Position numbers and translations under genes: made by a program
Notes under the pieces: generated by a model
Told to the model about the DNA's origin: nothing
The model's database searches: none
What the model saw: the letters and a program-made list of their open reading frames with translations, nothing else
NCBI GenBank assembly: GCA_040954595.2
Contig: CM082579.2
Span: 15,786,550 to 15,850,549, forward strand
DNA from: Balanoglossus misakiensis
Taxonomy: Eukaryota > Animalia > Hemichordata
Reading direction: 5' to 3'
DNA: 64,000 nucleotides
Shown here: one piece after another, positions 12,771 through 28,000 of the stretch
Layout: the number at the start of each line of letters is the position of its first letter
Numbering within the stretch: position 1 is the stretch's first letter

Positions 12771-15700
12771 TTGGCTAAGTTGGGCAAACCGAAGAGGGAA
12801 AGTCGCAGCGGGTCAACACTCGACATTTGTTCCGGTAGGACTGCATTATTGCCTGTCGATTTATAGAGAGAGCCCGAATTTAACCAGGGCGTTTCAAACA
12901 CCGACGTTTGTTGGGGGCACGGCCTACAGTACTGCCGGGTAAGCTGACATCGGCGTACCGCATATAATGTAAGGGGGCGGGGGGGGGGGGACAGAACGGT
13001 TCAATACTACATTTATTAGATATCAGCTAATTTTGGACAATCATCTAAAATCTAAATCATTTTTTCATATTTTTATATCTGATGATGTATGAAATTTCCA
13101 TTATATGTAAAAATGGTGCTTATTATAAAACATGCACTCTGAATGAACTGATTTAATACAAGATTGCGTTTTATTCGTTTTTGCACCAAAAAGGTCATTT
13201 TTAGGCAAAACATTCTTTATATTTTTAATTCGGTGACCTGATCATATATAAACAATTGCTTGTGTGTTAAAAGTTTTTATGGCTTTTAAAAGCAGTGACA
13301 CTGGCGGCATTCATCACGAAAATAACAATTTTAGCCACAATTTGGTCAAAATGGTAAATTTTTGAAAATTACAAAAAATACCTGTTTTCTACATTTTCGG
13401 AAATCTGATGGAGTATAGAATGCTCTTCGTATGTATATATCGATACAAATTCCACAAAAGACCGTCTAATTTGGCTCACTGCAGACAAAATTGCGTTTTA
13501 CCAAATTTTCCTTGAAAATGTCATTTTTAGAAAAACAAATAAAAAAACCTTTATTCTTCGAATTTGGTGCCCTGATCATATATGACATGTTGATTGTATG
13601 TTAAAACTCTCGACCACTCCAAAAATGCAGAGATATTGACGGAATTCAAGTAAAATAGCCATTTTGGCCATATTTTGACAAAAATGGTAAATTTTTGAAA
13701 AATCATAAAAAATTAACTCTTTTCTTCATTTTCGGAAATATTATGGAGCATGAAGTGTCGTTCTCTTGTAAAAAGTGCTGCAAATTCCAGAAAAGGAGGT
13801 ATAATTTGAATCACCCAAGACAAAATTGCAATTTTTCGACTTTTTTTCGAAAAATTGTCTTTTTTACAAAATAAATAAGAATAAATTCTTTTCTTAGTTT
13901 CAAACGGGTAGAGATACTTTCCACACGGGTTTTCTAACATTGAATTCCCGTTCATCAACTCAGATTTCCTACAGCATAAGTCGGCTAAAACCCTGACACT
14001 CTAGAGCAGAAACAGTTGCACAATGGTAACGTTGAACAAGTCGATTTTTCTACGGCCTGGCTCGGCTAAATCTCCGTCACAATATGACAGACACTAGCGT
14101 ACGTTAGCAACGGTGATCAAGTCAGATTTTCTACGGCATGGGTTGGATAAAGCCCCGGCACTCTAGAGCAGAAACACGCGTACAGAGACCACGTTGATCA
14201 AGTCTGATCTCCTACGGCTTGGCTCGACTAAAACCCCGGCACACTATGACAGACATTAGCGTTCGTTAGCAACGTTGATCAAGTCAGATTTCCTACGGCA
14301 TGGCTTGGCTAAAGCCCTGGCACTCTAGAGCAGAAACACGCGTACAGAGACCACGTTGATCTACTCACATTTCCTTCGGCCTGGCACGGCTGATGCCCCG
14401 GCACTATATATAGGACACAAACTGGCGTAAGTTAACAACGGTAATCACGTCGGGTTTCCCACGGCCTGGCACAGCTGAAGCCCCGGCACTCTAGAGCAGA
14501 AACAGGCGTACATTGACCACGTTGATCAAGTAAGATTTCCTACGGCGTGACTCGGCTGGTGCACCGGCTCTATATGACACAGACTGGCGTAAGTTATCAA
14601 CGGTTATTACCTCGGATTTCCTACGGCATGGTTTAGCTGAAGCCCCGGCACTTTAGAGCGGAAACACGCGTACATTGACCACGATGATCAAGTCAGATCT
14701 CCTACGGCCTGGCTCGACTAAAACCCCGGCACACCATGACAGACACTAGCGTTCGTTAGCAACGGTGATCAAGTCGGATTTCCTTCGGCCTGGCTCTGCA
14801 AAAGACCCGACACATTAGTACAAAGACGTTGGCTAAGTCGGGCAAACCGAAGAGGGAAAGTCACAGCGGGTCAACACTCGACATTTGTTCGGGTAGGACT
14901 GCATTATTGCCTGTCAATTTATAGAGAAAGCCCGAATTTAACCAGGGCGTTTCGAACACCGACGTTATTTGGGGGCACGGCCTGCAGTACTGCCGGGTAA
15001 GCTGACATCGGCGTACCGCATATAATGTAGGGGGGGGGGGGGGACAGAACGGTTCAATACTACATTTATTAGATATCAGCTAATTTTGGACAATCATCTA
15101 AAATCTAAATCATTTTTTCATATTTGGATATCTGATGATGTATGAAATTTCCAATATATGTAAAAATGGTGCTGATTATAAAAAATGCACTCTGAATGAG
15201 CTGATTTAATACAAAATTGCGTTTTATTCGTTTTTGCACCAAAAAGGTCATTTTTAGGCAAAACATTCTTTATTTTTTTAATTCGGTGGCCTGATCATAT
15301 ATAAGCAATTGCTTGCATGTTAAAAGTTTTTATGACTTTTAAAAGCAGTGACACTGGCGGCATTCAACACGAAAATAACAATTTTAACCACAATTTGGTC
15401 AAAATGGTAAATTTTTGAAAATTACAAAAAATACCTGTTTTCTACATTTTCGGAAATCTGATGGAGTATAGAATGCTCTTCGTATATATATATCGATACA
15501 AATTCCACAAAAGACCGTCTAATTTGGCTCACTGCAGACAAAATTGCGTTTTACCAATTTTCTTGAAAATGTCATTTTTAGAAAAATAAAATAAAAAAAC
15601 CTTCGTTCTTCGAATTTGGTGCCCTGATCATATATGACATGTTGATTGTATGTTAAAACTTTCGACCACTCCAAAAATGCAGAGATATTGACGGAATTCA

Positions 15701-18700
15701 AGAAAAAATAGCCATTTTGGCCATATTTTGACAAAAATGGTAAAATTTTGAAAAATCATAAAAAAATAACTCTTTTCTTCATTTTCGGAAATATTATGGA
15801 GCATGAAGTGTCGTTCTCTTGTAAAAAGTGCTGCAAATTCCAGAAAAGGTGGTATAATTTGAATCACCCAAGACAAAATTACCATTTTCGCCTTTGTTTC
15901 GAAAAATTGTCTTTTTTACAAAATAAATAAGAATAAATTCTTTTCTTAGTTTCAAACGGGTAGAGATACTTTCCACACGGGTTTTCTAACATTGAATTCC
16001 CGTTCATCAACTCTGATTTCTTACAGCATAAATCGGCTAAAACCCTGACACTCTAGAGCAGAAACAGTTGCACACTGGTAACGTTGAACAAGTCGATTTT
16101 TTACGGCCTGGCTCGGCTAAATCTCCGTCACAATATGACAGACACTAGCGTACGTTAGCAACGGTGATCAAGTCAGATTTTCTACGGCATGGCTTGGATA
16201 AAGCCCCGGCACTCAAGAGCAGAAACACGCGTACAGAGACCACGTTGATCAAGTCTGATCTCCTACGGCTTGGCTCGACTAAAACCCCGGCACACTATGA
16301 CAGACACTAGCGTTCGCTAGCAACGTTGATCAAGTCAGATTTCCTACGGCATGGCTTTGCTAAAGCCCTGACACTCTAGAGCAGAAACACGCGTACAGAG
16401 ACCACGTTGATCTACTCACATTTCCTTCGGCCTGGCACGGCTGATGCCCCGGCACTATATATAGGACACAGACTGGCGTAAGTTAACAACTGTAATCACG
16501 TCGGGTTTCCTACGGCCTGGCTCAGCTGAAGCCCCGGCACTCTAGAGCAGAAACAGGCGTACATTGACCACGTTGATCAAGTCAGATTTCCTACGGCGTG
16601 ACTCGGCTGGTGCACCGGCTCTATATGACACAGACTGGCGTAAGTTATCAACGGTGATTACGTCGGATTTCCTACGGCCTGGTTTAGCTGAAGCCCCGGC
16701 ACTTTAGAGCGGAAACACGCGTACATTGACCACGATGATCAAGTCAGATCTCCTACGGCCTGGCTCGACTAAAACCCCGGCACACCATGACAGACACTAG
16801 CGTTCGTTAGCAACGGTGATCAAGTCGGATTTCCTTCGGCCTGGCTCTGCAAAAGACCCGACACTCTAGTACAAAGACGTCGGCTAAGTCGGGCAAACCG
16901 AAGAGGGAAAGTCACAGCGTGTCAACACTCGACATTTGTTCGGGTAGGACTGCATTATTGCCTGTCAATTTATAGAGAAAGCCCGAATTTAACCAGGGCG
17001 TTTCAAACACCGACGTTAGGTGGGGGCACGGCCTGCAGTACTGCCGGGTAAGCTGACATCGGCGTACCGCATATAATTTAGGGGAGGGGGGGGGGGAACA
17101 GAACGGTTCAATACTACATTTATTAGATATCAGCTAATTTTGGACAATCATCTAAAATCTAAATCATTTTTTCATATTTGGATATCTGGTGATGTATGAA
17201 AGTTCCATTATATGTAAAAATGGTGCTGATTATAAAAAAATGCACTCTGAATGAGGTTATTTAATACAAAATTGCGTTTTATTCGTTTTTGCGCCAAAAA
17301 GGTCATTTTTAGGCCAAACATTCTTTATTTTTTTTAATTCGGTGACCTGATCATATATAAACAATTGCTTGTATGTTAAAAGTTTTTATGACTTTTAAAA
17401 GCAGTGACACTGGCGGCATTCAACACGAAAATAACAATTTTAACCACAATTTGGTCAAAATGGTAAATTTTTGAAAATTACAAAAAATACCTGTTTTCTA
17501 CATTTTCGGAAATCTGATGGAGTATAGAATGCTCTTCGTATATATATATCGATACAAATTTCACAAAAGACCGTCTAATTTGGCTTACTGCAGACAAAAT
17601 TGCGTTTTACCAAATTTTCCTTGAAAATGTCATTTTTAGAAAAATAAAATAAAAAAACCTTCGTTCTTCGAATTTGGTGCCCTGATCATATATGACATGT
17701 TGATTGTATGTTAAAACTTTCCACCACTCCAAAAATGCAGAGATATTGACGGAATTCAAGAAAAAATAGCCATTTTGGCCATATTTTGACAAAATGGTAC
17801 ATTTTTAAAAATCATAAAAAATAAACTCTTTTCTTCATTTTCGGAAATATTATGGAGCATGAAGTGTCGTTCTCTTGTAAAAAGTGCTGCAAATTCCAGA
17901 AAATGTGGTATAATTTGAATCACCCAAGACAAAATTACCATTTTCGACTTGTTTTCGAAAAATTGTCTTTTTTACAAAATAAATAAGAATAAATTCTTTT
18001 CTTAGTTTCAAACGGGTAGAGATACTTTCCACACGGGTTTTCTAACATTGAATTCCCGTTCATCAACTCAGATTTCCTACAGCATAAGTCGGCTAAAACC
18101 CTGACACTCTAGAGCAGAAACAGTTGCACACTGATAACGTTGAACAAGTCGATTTTTCTACGGCCTGGCTCGGCTAAATCTCGTCACAATATGACAGACA
18201 CTAGCGTACGTTAGCAACGGTGATCAAGTCAGATTTTCAACGGCATGGGTTGGATAAAGCCCCGGCACTCTAGAGCAGAAACACGCGTACAGAGACCACG
18301 TTGATCAAGTCTGATCTCCTACGGCTTGGCTCGACTAAAACCCCGGCACACTATGACAGACACTAGCGTTCGTTAGCAACGTTGATCAAGTCAGATTTCC
18401 TACGGCATGGCTTTGCTAAAGCCCTGACACTCTAGAGCAGAAACACGCGTACAGAGACCACGTTGATCTACTCACATTTCCATCGGCCTGGCATGGCTGA
18501 TGCCCCGGCACTATATATAGGACACAGACTGGCGTAAGTTAACAACGGTGATTACGTCGGATTTCCTACGGCCTGGTTTAGCTGAAGCCCCGGCACTTTA
18601 GAGCGGAAACACGCGTACATTGACCACGTTGATCAAGTCAGATTTCCTTCGGCGTGACTCGGCTGGTGCACCGGCTCTATATGACACAGACTGGCGTAAG

Positions 18701-21700
18701 TTATCAACGGTGATTACGTCGGATTTCCTACGGCCTGGTTTAGCTGAAGCCCCGGCACTTTAGAGCGGAAACACGCGTACATTGACCACGATGATCAAGT
18801 CAGATCTCCTACGGCCTGGCTCGACTAAAACCCCGGCACACTATGACAGACACTAGCGTTCGTTAGCAACGGTGATCAAGTCGGATTTCCTTCGGCCTGG
18901 CTCTGCAAAAGACCCGACACTCTAGTAAAAAGACGTTGGCTAAGTCGGGCAAACCGAAGAGGGAAAGTCACAGCGGGTCAACACTCGACATTTGGTCGGG
19001 TAGGACTGCATTATTGCCTGTCAATTTATAGAGAAAGCCCGAATTTAACCAGGGCGTTCCAAACACCGACGTTAGTTGGGGGCACGGCCTGCAGTACTGC
19101 CGGGTAAGCTGACATCGGCGTACCTTATATAATGTAAGGGGGGGGGGGACAGAACGGTTCAATACTACATTTATTAGATATCAGCTAATTTTGGACAATC
19201 ATCTAAAATCTAAATCATTTTTTCATATTTGGATATCTGATGATGTATGAAATTTCCATTATATGTAAAAATGGTGCTTATTATAAAACATGCACTCTGA
19301 ATGAACTGATTTAATACAAGATTGCGTTTTATTCGTTTTTGCACCAAAAAGGTCATTTTTAGGCAAAACATTCTTTATATTTTTAATTCGGTGACCTGAT
19401 CATATATAAACAATTGCTTGTATGTTAAACGTTTTTATGACTTTTAAAAGCAGTGACACTGGCGGCATTCATCACGAAAATAACAATTTTAGCCACAATT
19501 TGGTCAAAATGGTAAATTTTTGAAAATTACAAAAAATACCTGTTTTCTACATTTTCGGAAATCTGATGGAGTATAGAATGCTCTTCGTATGTATATATCG
19601 ATACAAATTTCACAAAAGACCGTCTAATTTGGCTCACTGCAGACAAAATTGCGTTTTACCAAATTTTCCTTGAAAATGTCATTTTTAGAAAAAAAAATAA
19701 AAAAACCTTTGTTCTTCGAATTTGGTGCCCTGATCATGTATGACATGTTGATTGTATGTTAAAAATCTCGACCACTCCAAAAATGCAGAGATATTGACGG
19801 AATTCAAGAAAAATAGCCATTTTGGCCATATTTTGACAAAAATGGTAAATTTTTGAAAAATCATAAAAAATTAACTCTTTTCTTCATTTTCGGAAATATT
19901 ATGGAGCATGAAGTGTCGTTCTCTTGTAAAAAGTGCTGCAAATTCCAGAAAAGGCGGTATAATTTGAATCACCCAAGACAAAATTGCAATTTTTCGACTT
20001 TTTTTCGAAAAATTGTCTTTTTTACAAAATAAATAAGAATAAATTCTTTTCTTAGTTTCAAACGGGTAGAGATACTTTCCACACGGGTTTTCTAACATTG
20101 AATTCCCGTTCATCAACTCAGATTTCCTACAGCATAAGTCGGCTAAAACCCTGACACTCTAGAGCAGAAACAGTTGCACACTGGTAACGTTGAACAAGTC
20201 GATTTTTCTACGGCCTGGCTCGGCTAAATCTCCGTCACAATATGACAGACACTAGCGTACGTTAGCAACGGTGATCAAGTCAGATTTTCTACGGCATGGG
20301 TTGGATAAAGCCCCGGCACTCTAGAGCAGAAACACGCGTACAGAGACCACGTTGATCAAGTCTGATCTCCTACGGCTTGGCTCGACTAAAACCCCGGCAC
20401 ACTATGACAGACACTAGCGTTCGTTAGCAACGTTGATCAAGTCAGATTTCCTACGGCATGGCTTGGCTAAAGCCCTGGCACTCTAGAGCAGAAACACGCG
20501 TACAGAGACCGCGTTGATCTACTCACATTTCCTTCGGCCTGGCAAGGCTGATGCCCCGGCACTATATATAGGACACAAACTGGCGTAAGTTAACAACGGT
20601 AATCACGTCGTGTTTCCTACGGCCTGGCTCAGCTGAAGCCCCGGCACTCTAGAGCAGAAACAGGCGTACATTGACCACGTTGATCAAGTCAGATTTCCTA
20701 CGGCGTGACTCGGCTGGTGCACCGGCTCTATATGACACAGACTGGCGTAAGTTATCAATGGTTATTACGTCGGATTTCCTACGGCCTGGTTTAGCTGAAG
20801 CCCCGGCACTTTAGAGCGGAAACACGCGTACATTGACCACGATGATCAAGTCAGATCTCCTACGGCCTGGCTCGACTAAAACCCCGGCACACCATGACAG
20901 ACACTAGCGTTCGTTAGCAACGGTGATCAAGTCGGATTTCCTTCGGCCTGGCTCTGCAAAAGACCCGACACTCTAGTACAAAGACGTTGGCTAAGTTGGG
21001 CAAACCGAAGAGGGAAAGTCGCAGCGGGTCAACACTCGACATTTGTTCCGGTAGGACTGCATTATTGCCTGTCGATTTCTAGAGAGAGCCCGAATTTAAC
21101 CAGGGCGTTTCAAACACCGACGTTTGTGGGGGCACGGCCTACAGTACTGCCGGGTAAGCTGACATCGGCGTACCGCATATAATGTAAGGGGGGGGGGACA
21201 GAACGGTTCAATACTACATTTATTAGATATCAGCTAATTTTGGACAATCATCTAAAATCTAAATCATTTTTTCATATTTGGATATCTGATGATGTATGAA
21301 ATTTCCATTATATGTAAAAATGGTGCTTATTATAAAACATGCCCTCTGAATGAACTGATTTAATACAAGATTGCGTTTTATTCGTTTTTGCACCAAAAAG
21401 GTCATTTTTAGGCAAAACATTCTTTATATTTTTAATTCGGTGACCTGATCATATATAAACAATTGCTTGTATGTTAAAAGTTTTTATGACTTTTAAAAGC
21501 AGTGACACTGGCGGCATTCATCACGAAAATAACAATTTTAGCCACAATTTGGTCAAAATGGTAAATTTTTGAAAATTACAAAAAATACCTGTTTTCTACA
21601 TTTTCGGAAATCTGATGGAGTATAGAATGCTCTTCGTATGTATATATCGATACAAATTCCACAAAAGACCGTCTAATTTGGCTCACTGCAGACAAAATTG

Positions 21701-24198
21701 CGTTTTACCAAATTTTCCTTGAAAATGTCATTTTTAGAAAAAAAAATAAAAAAACCTTTGTTCTTCGAATTTGGTGCCCTGATTATATATGACATGTGGA
21801 TTGTATGTTAAAACTCTCGACCACTCCAAAAATGCAGAGATATTGACGGAATTCAAGAAAAATAGCCATTTTGGCCATATTTTGACAAAAATGGTAAATT
21901 TTTGAAAAATCATAAAAAATTAACTCTTTTCTTCATTTTCGTAAATATTATGGAGCATGAAGTGTCGTTCTCTTGTAAAAAGTGCTGCAAATTCCAGAAA
22001 AGGCGGTATAATTTGAATCACCCAAGACAAAATTGCAATTTTTCGACTTTTTTTCGAAAAATTGTCTTTTTTACAAAATAAATAAGAATAAATTCTTTTC
22101 TTAGTTTCAAACGGGTAGAGATACTTTCCACACGGGTTTTCTAACATTGAATTCCCGTTCATCAACTCAGATTTCCTACAGCATAAGTCGGCTAAAACCC
22201 TGACACTCTAGAGCAGAAACAGTTGCACACTGGTAACGTTGAACAAGTCGATTTTTCTACGGCCTGGCTCGGCTAAATCTCCGTCACAATATGACAGACA
22301 CTAGCGTACGTTAGCAACGGTGATCAAGTCAGATTTTCTACGGCATGGCTTGGATAAAGCCCCGGCACTCTAGAGCAGAAACACGCGTACAGAGACCACG
22401 TTGATCAAGTCTGATCTCCTACGGCTTGGCTCGACTAAAACCCCGGCACACTATGACAGACATTAGCGTTCGTTAGCAACGTTGATCAAGTCAGATTTCC
22501 TACGGCATGGCTTGGCTAAAGCCCTGGCACTCTAGAGCAGAAACACGCGTACAGAGACCACGTTGATCTACTCACATTTCCTTCGGCCTGGCACGGCTGA
22601 TGCCCCGGCACTATATATAGGACACAAACTGGCGTAAGTTAACAACGGTAATCACGTCGGGTTTCCCACGGCCTGGCTCAGCTGAAGCCCCGGCACTCTA
22701 GAGCAGAAACAGGCGTACATTGACCACGTTGATCAAGTCAGATTTCCTACGGCGTGACTCGGCTGATGCCCCGGCACTATATATAGGACACAGACTGGCG
22801 TAAGTTAACAACGGTAATCACGTCGGGTTTCCTACGGCCTGGCTCAGCTGAAGCCCCGGCACTCTAGAGCAGAAACAGGCGTACATTGACCACGTTGATC
22901 AAGTCAGATTTCCTACGGCGTGACTCGGCTGGTGAACCGGCTCTATATGACACAGACTGGCGTAAGTTATCAACGGTGATTACGTCGGATTTCCTACGGC
23001 CTGGTTTAGCTGAAGCCCCGGCACTTTAGAGCGGAAACACGCGTACATTGACCACGATGATCAAGGCAGATCTCCTACGGCTTGGCTCGACTAAAACCCC
23101 GGCACACCATGACAGACACTAGCGTTCGTTAGCAACGGTGATCAAGTCGGATTTCCTTCGGCCTGGCTCTGCAAAAGACCCGACACTCTAGTACAAAGAC
23201 GTTGGCTAAGTCGGGCAAACCGAAGAGGGAAAGTCACAGCGGGTCAACACTCGACATTTGTTCGGGTAGGACTGCATTATTGCCTGTCAATTTATAGAGA
23301 AAGCCCGAATTTAACCAGGGCGTTACAAACACCGACGTTAGTTGGGGGCACGGCCTGCAGTACTGACGGGTAAGCTGACATCGGCGTACCGCATATAATA
23401 TAGGGGGGGGGGGGGAAACAGAACGGTTCAATACTACATTTATTAGATATCAGCTAATTTTGGACAATCATCTAAAATCTAAATCATTTTTTCATATTTG
23501 GATATCTGATGATGTATGAAATTTCCATTATATGTAAAAATGGTGCTGATTATAAAAAATGCACTCTGAATGAACTGATTTAATACAAAATTACGTTTTA
23601 TTTGTTTTTGCACCTAAAAGGTCATTTTTAGGCAAAACATTCTTTATTTTTTTAATTCGGTGACCTGATCATATATAAAGAATGGCTTGTATGTTAAAGG
23701 TTTTTATGACTTTTAAAAGCAGTGACACTGGCGGCATTCAACACGAAAATAACAATTTTAGCCACAATTTGGTCAAAATGGAAAATTTTTCAAAATTACA
23801 AAAAATACCCTTTTCTACATTTTCGGAAATCTGATGGAGTATAGAATGCTCTTCGTATGTATATATCGATACAAATTCCACAAAAGACCGTCTAATTTGG
23901 CTCACTGCAGACAAAATTGCGTTTTACCAAATTTTCCTTGAAAATGTCATTTTTAGAAAAATAAATAAAAAAACCTTTGTTCTTCGAATTTGGTGCCCCG
24001 ATCATATATGACATGTTGATTGTATGTTAAAAGTTTCGACCACTCCAAAAATGCAGAGATATTGACGGAATTCAAGAAAAAATAGCCATTTTGGCCATAT
24101 TTTGACAAAAATGGTAAAATTTTAAAAAATCATAAAAAATTAACTCTTTTCTTCATTTTCGGAAATATTATGGAGCATGAAGTGTCGTTCTCTTGTAA

Positions 24199-24864
24199 CA
24201 ATGAAGCCACATATTGGACAGATCTGCCGCTCTGCCACTTTTCATTTACGTCGCATTGCGCTTATCCGCAAATATTTATCTCATTCAGCTACAGAGCAAT
24301 TAGTTCATGCATTCAATACGTCTCGAATTGATTCATGTAATTCACTTTTATTTGGGCTCCCGAAGTATTCAATCAACCGTATCCAACGCGTTCAGAATAT
24401 TGCTGCTAGAATTGTCGTTCTAAAATCACCTGTCACATCACTACAATTTTGTATCAGTTGCACTGGCTACCTGTTACAGAGCGTATTGTTTTTAAGATGT
24501 TAGTTCTCATTTTTAAATCCATTCATAAACTTGGTCCAATCTATCTTTCTAGCATGACTAATCTATATGTTCCATGTCGCAATTTAAGGTCAGCTGATCA
24601 GTTCAAACTCTGCCCTGTTCGATCACGAACCAAGAGTTATGGTGATCGTGCTTTTACTGTTGCTGCTCCAATTCTTTGGAATAATCTTCCACTCACCATT
24701 CGCCAGGCACCAGACTTATCTGTTTTTAAATCAAATGTTAAAACTTTACTTTTTAAATCTGTTTTTTAGCCATTTGTTGTATTGTACTTTTGCTTTAAGC
24801 GTCATTGATCAATTTTTTTTTTTGTGGATACTGACGCTATACAAATAAATTATATTATTATTAT
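24199..24864 (+). mobile_element. 5'-truncated L2/CR1-group non-LTR retrotransposon inserted in the satellite
   Basis: Interrupts the satellite sequence TCTTGTAA|AAAGTGCTG, with TAA on both sides (24196-24198, 24865-24867). Encodes the ORF2 C-terminal region, has a 3' stem AGCGTCA...TGACGCT (24798-24838) and ends in an (ATT)n tail. Confidence 0.93.
24201..24769 (+). pseudogene. L2-type ORF2 C-terminal fragment, frameshifted
   Basis: LVHAFNTSRIDSCNSLLFGLP...RVQNIAARIV in one frame, then LHWLPVTERIVFK...RNLRS...YGDRAFTVAAPILWNNLP...FKSNVKTLLF in another; the frameshift is near 24420-24435. These are typical post-RT motifs of L2-clade ORF2. Confidence 0.9.
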
Positions 24865-25052
24865 TAAAAAGTGCTGCAAATTCCAGAAAAGGTGGTATAA
24901 TTTGAATCACCCAAGACAAAATTACCATTTTCGCCTTTGTTTCGAAAAATTGTCTTTTTTACAAAATAAATAAGAATAAATTCTTTTCTTAGTTTCAAAC
25001 GGGTAGAGATACTTTCCACACGGGTTTTCTAACATTGAATTCCCGTTCATCA

Positions 25053-28000
25053 CCGGCTCTATATGACACAGACTGGCGTAAGTTATCAACGGTGATTACG
25101 TCGGATTTCCTACGGCCTGGTTTAGCTGAAGCCCCGGCACTTTAGAGCGGAAACACGCGTACATTGACCACAATGATCAAGTCAGATCTCCTACGGCCTG
25201 GCTCGACTAAAACCCCGGCACACCATGACAGACACTAGCGTTCGTTAGCAACGGTGATCAAGTCAGATTTCCTACGGCATGGCTTGGCTAAAGCCCTGGC
25301 ATTCTAGAGCAGAAACACGCGTACAGAGACCACATTGATCTACTCACATTTCCTTAGGCCTGGCACGGCTGATGCCCCGCACTATATATAGGACACAGAC
25401 TGGCGTAAGTTAACAACGGTAATCACGTCGGGTTTCCTACGGCCTGGATCAGCTGAAGCCCCTGCACTCTAGAGCAGAAACAGGCGTACATTGACCACGT
25501 TGATCAAGTCAGATTTCCTACGGCCTGGTTCGACTAAAACCCCGGCACACCATGACAGACACTAGCGTTCGCTAGCAACGGTGATCAAGTCTGATTTCCT
25601 TCGGCCTGGCTCGGCAAAAGACCCGACCCTCTAGTACAAAGACGTTGTCGTTGGCTAAGTCGGGCAAACCGAAGAGGGAAAGTCACAGCGGGTCAACACT
25701 CGACATTTGTTCGGGTAGGACTGCATTATTGCCTGTTAATTTATAGAGAAAGCCCGAATTTAACCAGGGCGCTTCAAACACCGACGTTAGTTGGGGGCAC
25801 GGCCTGCAGTACTGCCGGGTAAGGTGACATCGGCGTACCGCATATAATGTAGGGGGGGGGGGAGAAACAGAACGGTTCAATACTACATTTATCAGATATC
25901 AGCTAATTTTGGACAATCATCTAAAATCTAAATCATCTTTTCATATTTGGATATCTGATGATGTATGAAATTTCCATTATATGTAAAAATGGTGCTGATT
26001 ATAAAAATGCACTCTGAATGAGCTGATTTAATACAAAATTGCGTTTTATTCGTTTTTGCAGCAAAAAGGTCATTTTTAGGCAAAACATTCTTTATTTTTT
26101 TAATTCGGTGACCTGATCATATATAAACAATTGCTTGTATGTTAAAAGTTTTTATGACTTTTAAAAGCAGTGACACTGGCGGCATTCAACACGAAAATAA
26201 CAATTTTAGCCACAATTTGGTCAAAATGGTAAATTTTTGAAAATTACAAAAAATACCTGTTTTCTACATTTTCGGAAATCTGATGGAGTATAGAATGCTC
26301 TTCGTATGTATATATCGATACAAATTCCACAAAAGACCGTCTAATTTGGCTCACTGCAGACAAAATTGCGTTTTACCAAATTTTCCTTGAAAATGTCATT
26401 TTTAGAAGAAAAAAATAAAAAAAACCTTTGTTCTTCGAATTTGGTGCCCTGATCATATATGACATGTTGATTGTATGTTAAAACTTTCGACCACTCCAAA
26501 AATGCAGAGATATTGACGGAATTCAAGAAAAAATAGCCATTTTGGCCATATTTTAACAAAAATGGTAAATTTTTAAAAAATCATAAAAAATTAACTCTTT
26601 TCTTCATTTTCGGAAATATTATGGAGCATGAAGTGTCGTTCTCTTGTAAAAAGTGCTGCAAATTCCAGAAAAGGCGGTATAATTTGAATCACCCATGACA
26701 AAATTACCATTTTCGACTTTTTTTCGAAAAATTGTGATTTTTACAAAATAAATAAGAATAAATTCTTTTCTTAGTTTCAAACGGGTAGAGATACTTTCCA
26801 CACGGGTTTTCTAACATTGAATTCCCGGTCATCAACTCTGATTTCCTACAGCATAAATCGGCTAAAACCCTGACACTCTAGAGCAGAAACAGTTGCAAAC
26901 TGGTAACGTTGAACAAGTCGATTTTTTACGGCCTGGCTCGGCTAAATCTCCGTCACAATATGACAGACACTAGCGTACGTTAGCAACGGTGATCAAGTCA
27001 GATTTTCTACGGCATGGCTTGGATAAAGCCCCGGCACTCAAGAGCAGAAACACGCGTACAGAGACCACGTTGATCAAGTCTGATCTCCTACGGCTTGGCT
27101 CGACTAAAACCCCGGCACACTATGACAGACACTAGCGTTCGCTAGCAACGTTGATCAAGTCAGATTTCCTACGGCATGGCTTTGCTAAAGCCCTTACACT
27201 CTAGAGCAGAAACACGCGTACAGAGACCACGCTGATCTACTCACATTTCCTTCGGCCTGGCATGGCTGATGCCCCGGCACTATATATAGGACACAGACTG
27301 GCGTAAGTTAACAACTGTAATCACGTCGGGTTTCCTACGGCCTGGCTCAGCTGAAGCCCCGGCACTCTAGAGCAGAAACAGGCGTACATTGACCACGTTG
27401 ATCAAGTCAGATTTCCTACGGCGTGACTCGGCTGGTGCACCGGCTCTATATGACACAGACTGGCGTAAGTTATCAACGGTGATTACGTCGGATTTCCTAC
27501 GGCCTGGTTTAGCTGAAGCCCCGGCACTTTAGAGCGGAAACACGCGTACATTGACCACAATGATCAAGTCAGATCTCCTACGGCCTGGCTCGACTAAAAC
27601 CCCGGCACACCATGACAGACACTAGCGTTCGTTAGCAACGGTGATCAAGTCAGATTTCCTACGGCATGGCCTGGCTAAAGCCCTGGCATTCTAGAGCAGA
27701 AACACGCGTACAGAGACCACATTGATCTACTCACATTTCCTTAGGCCTGGCACGGCTGATGCCCCGCACTATATATAGGACACAGACTGGCGTAAGTTAA
27801 CAACGGTAATCACGTCGGGTTTCCTACGGCCTGGATCAGCTGAAGCCCCTGCACTCTAGAGCAGAAACAGGCGTACATTGACCACGTTGATCAAGTCAGA
27901 TTTCCTACGGCCTGGTTCGACTAAAACCCCGGCACACCATGACAGACACTAGCGTTCGCTAGCAACGGTGATCAAGTCTGATTTCCTTCGGCCTGGCTCG

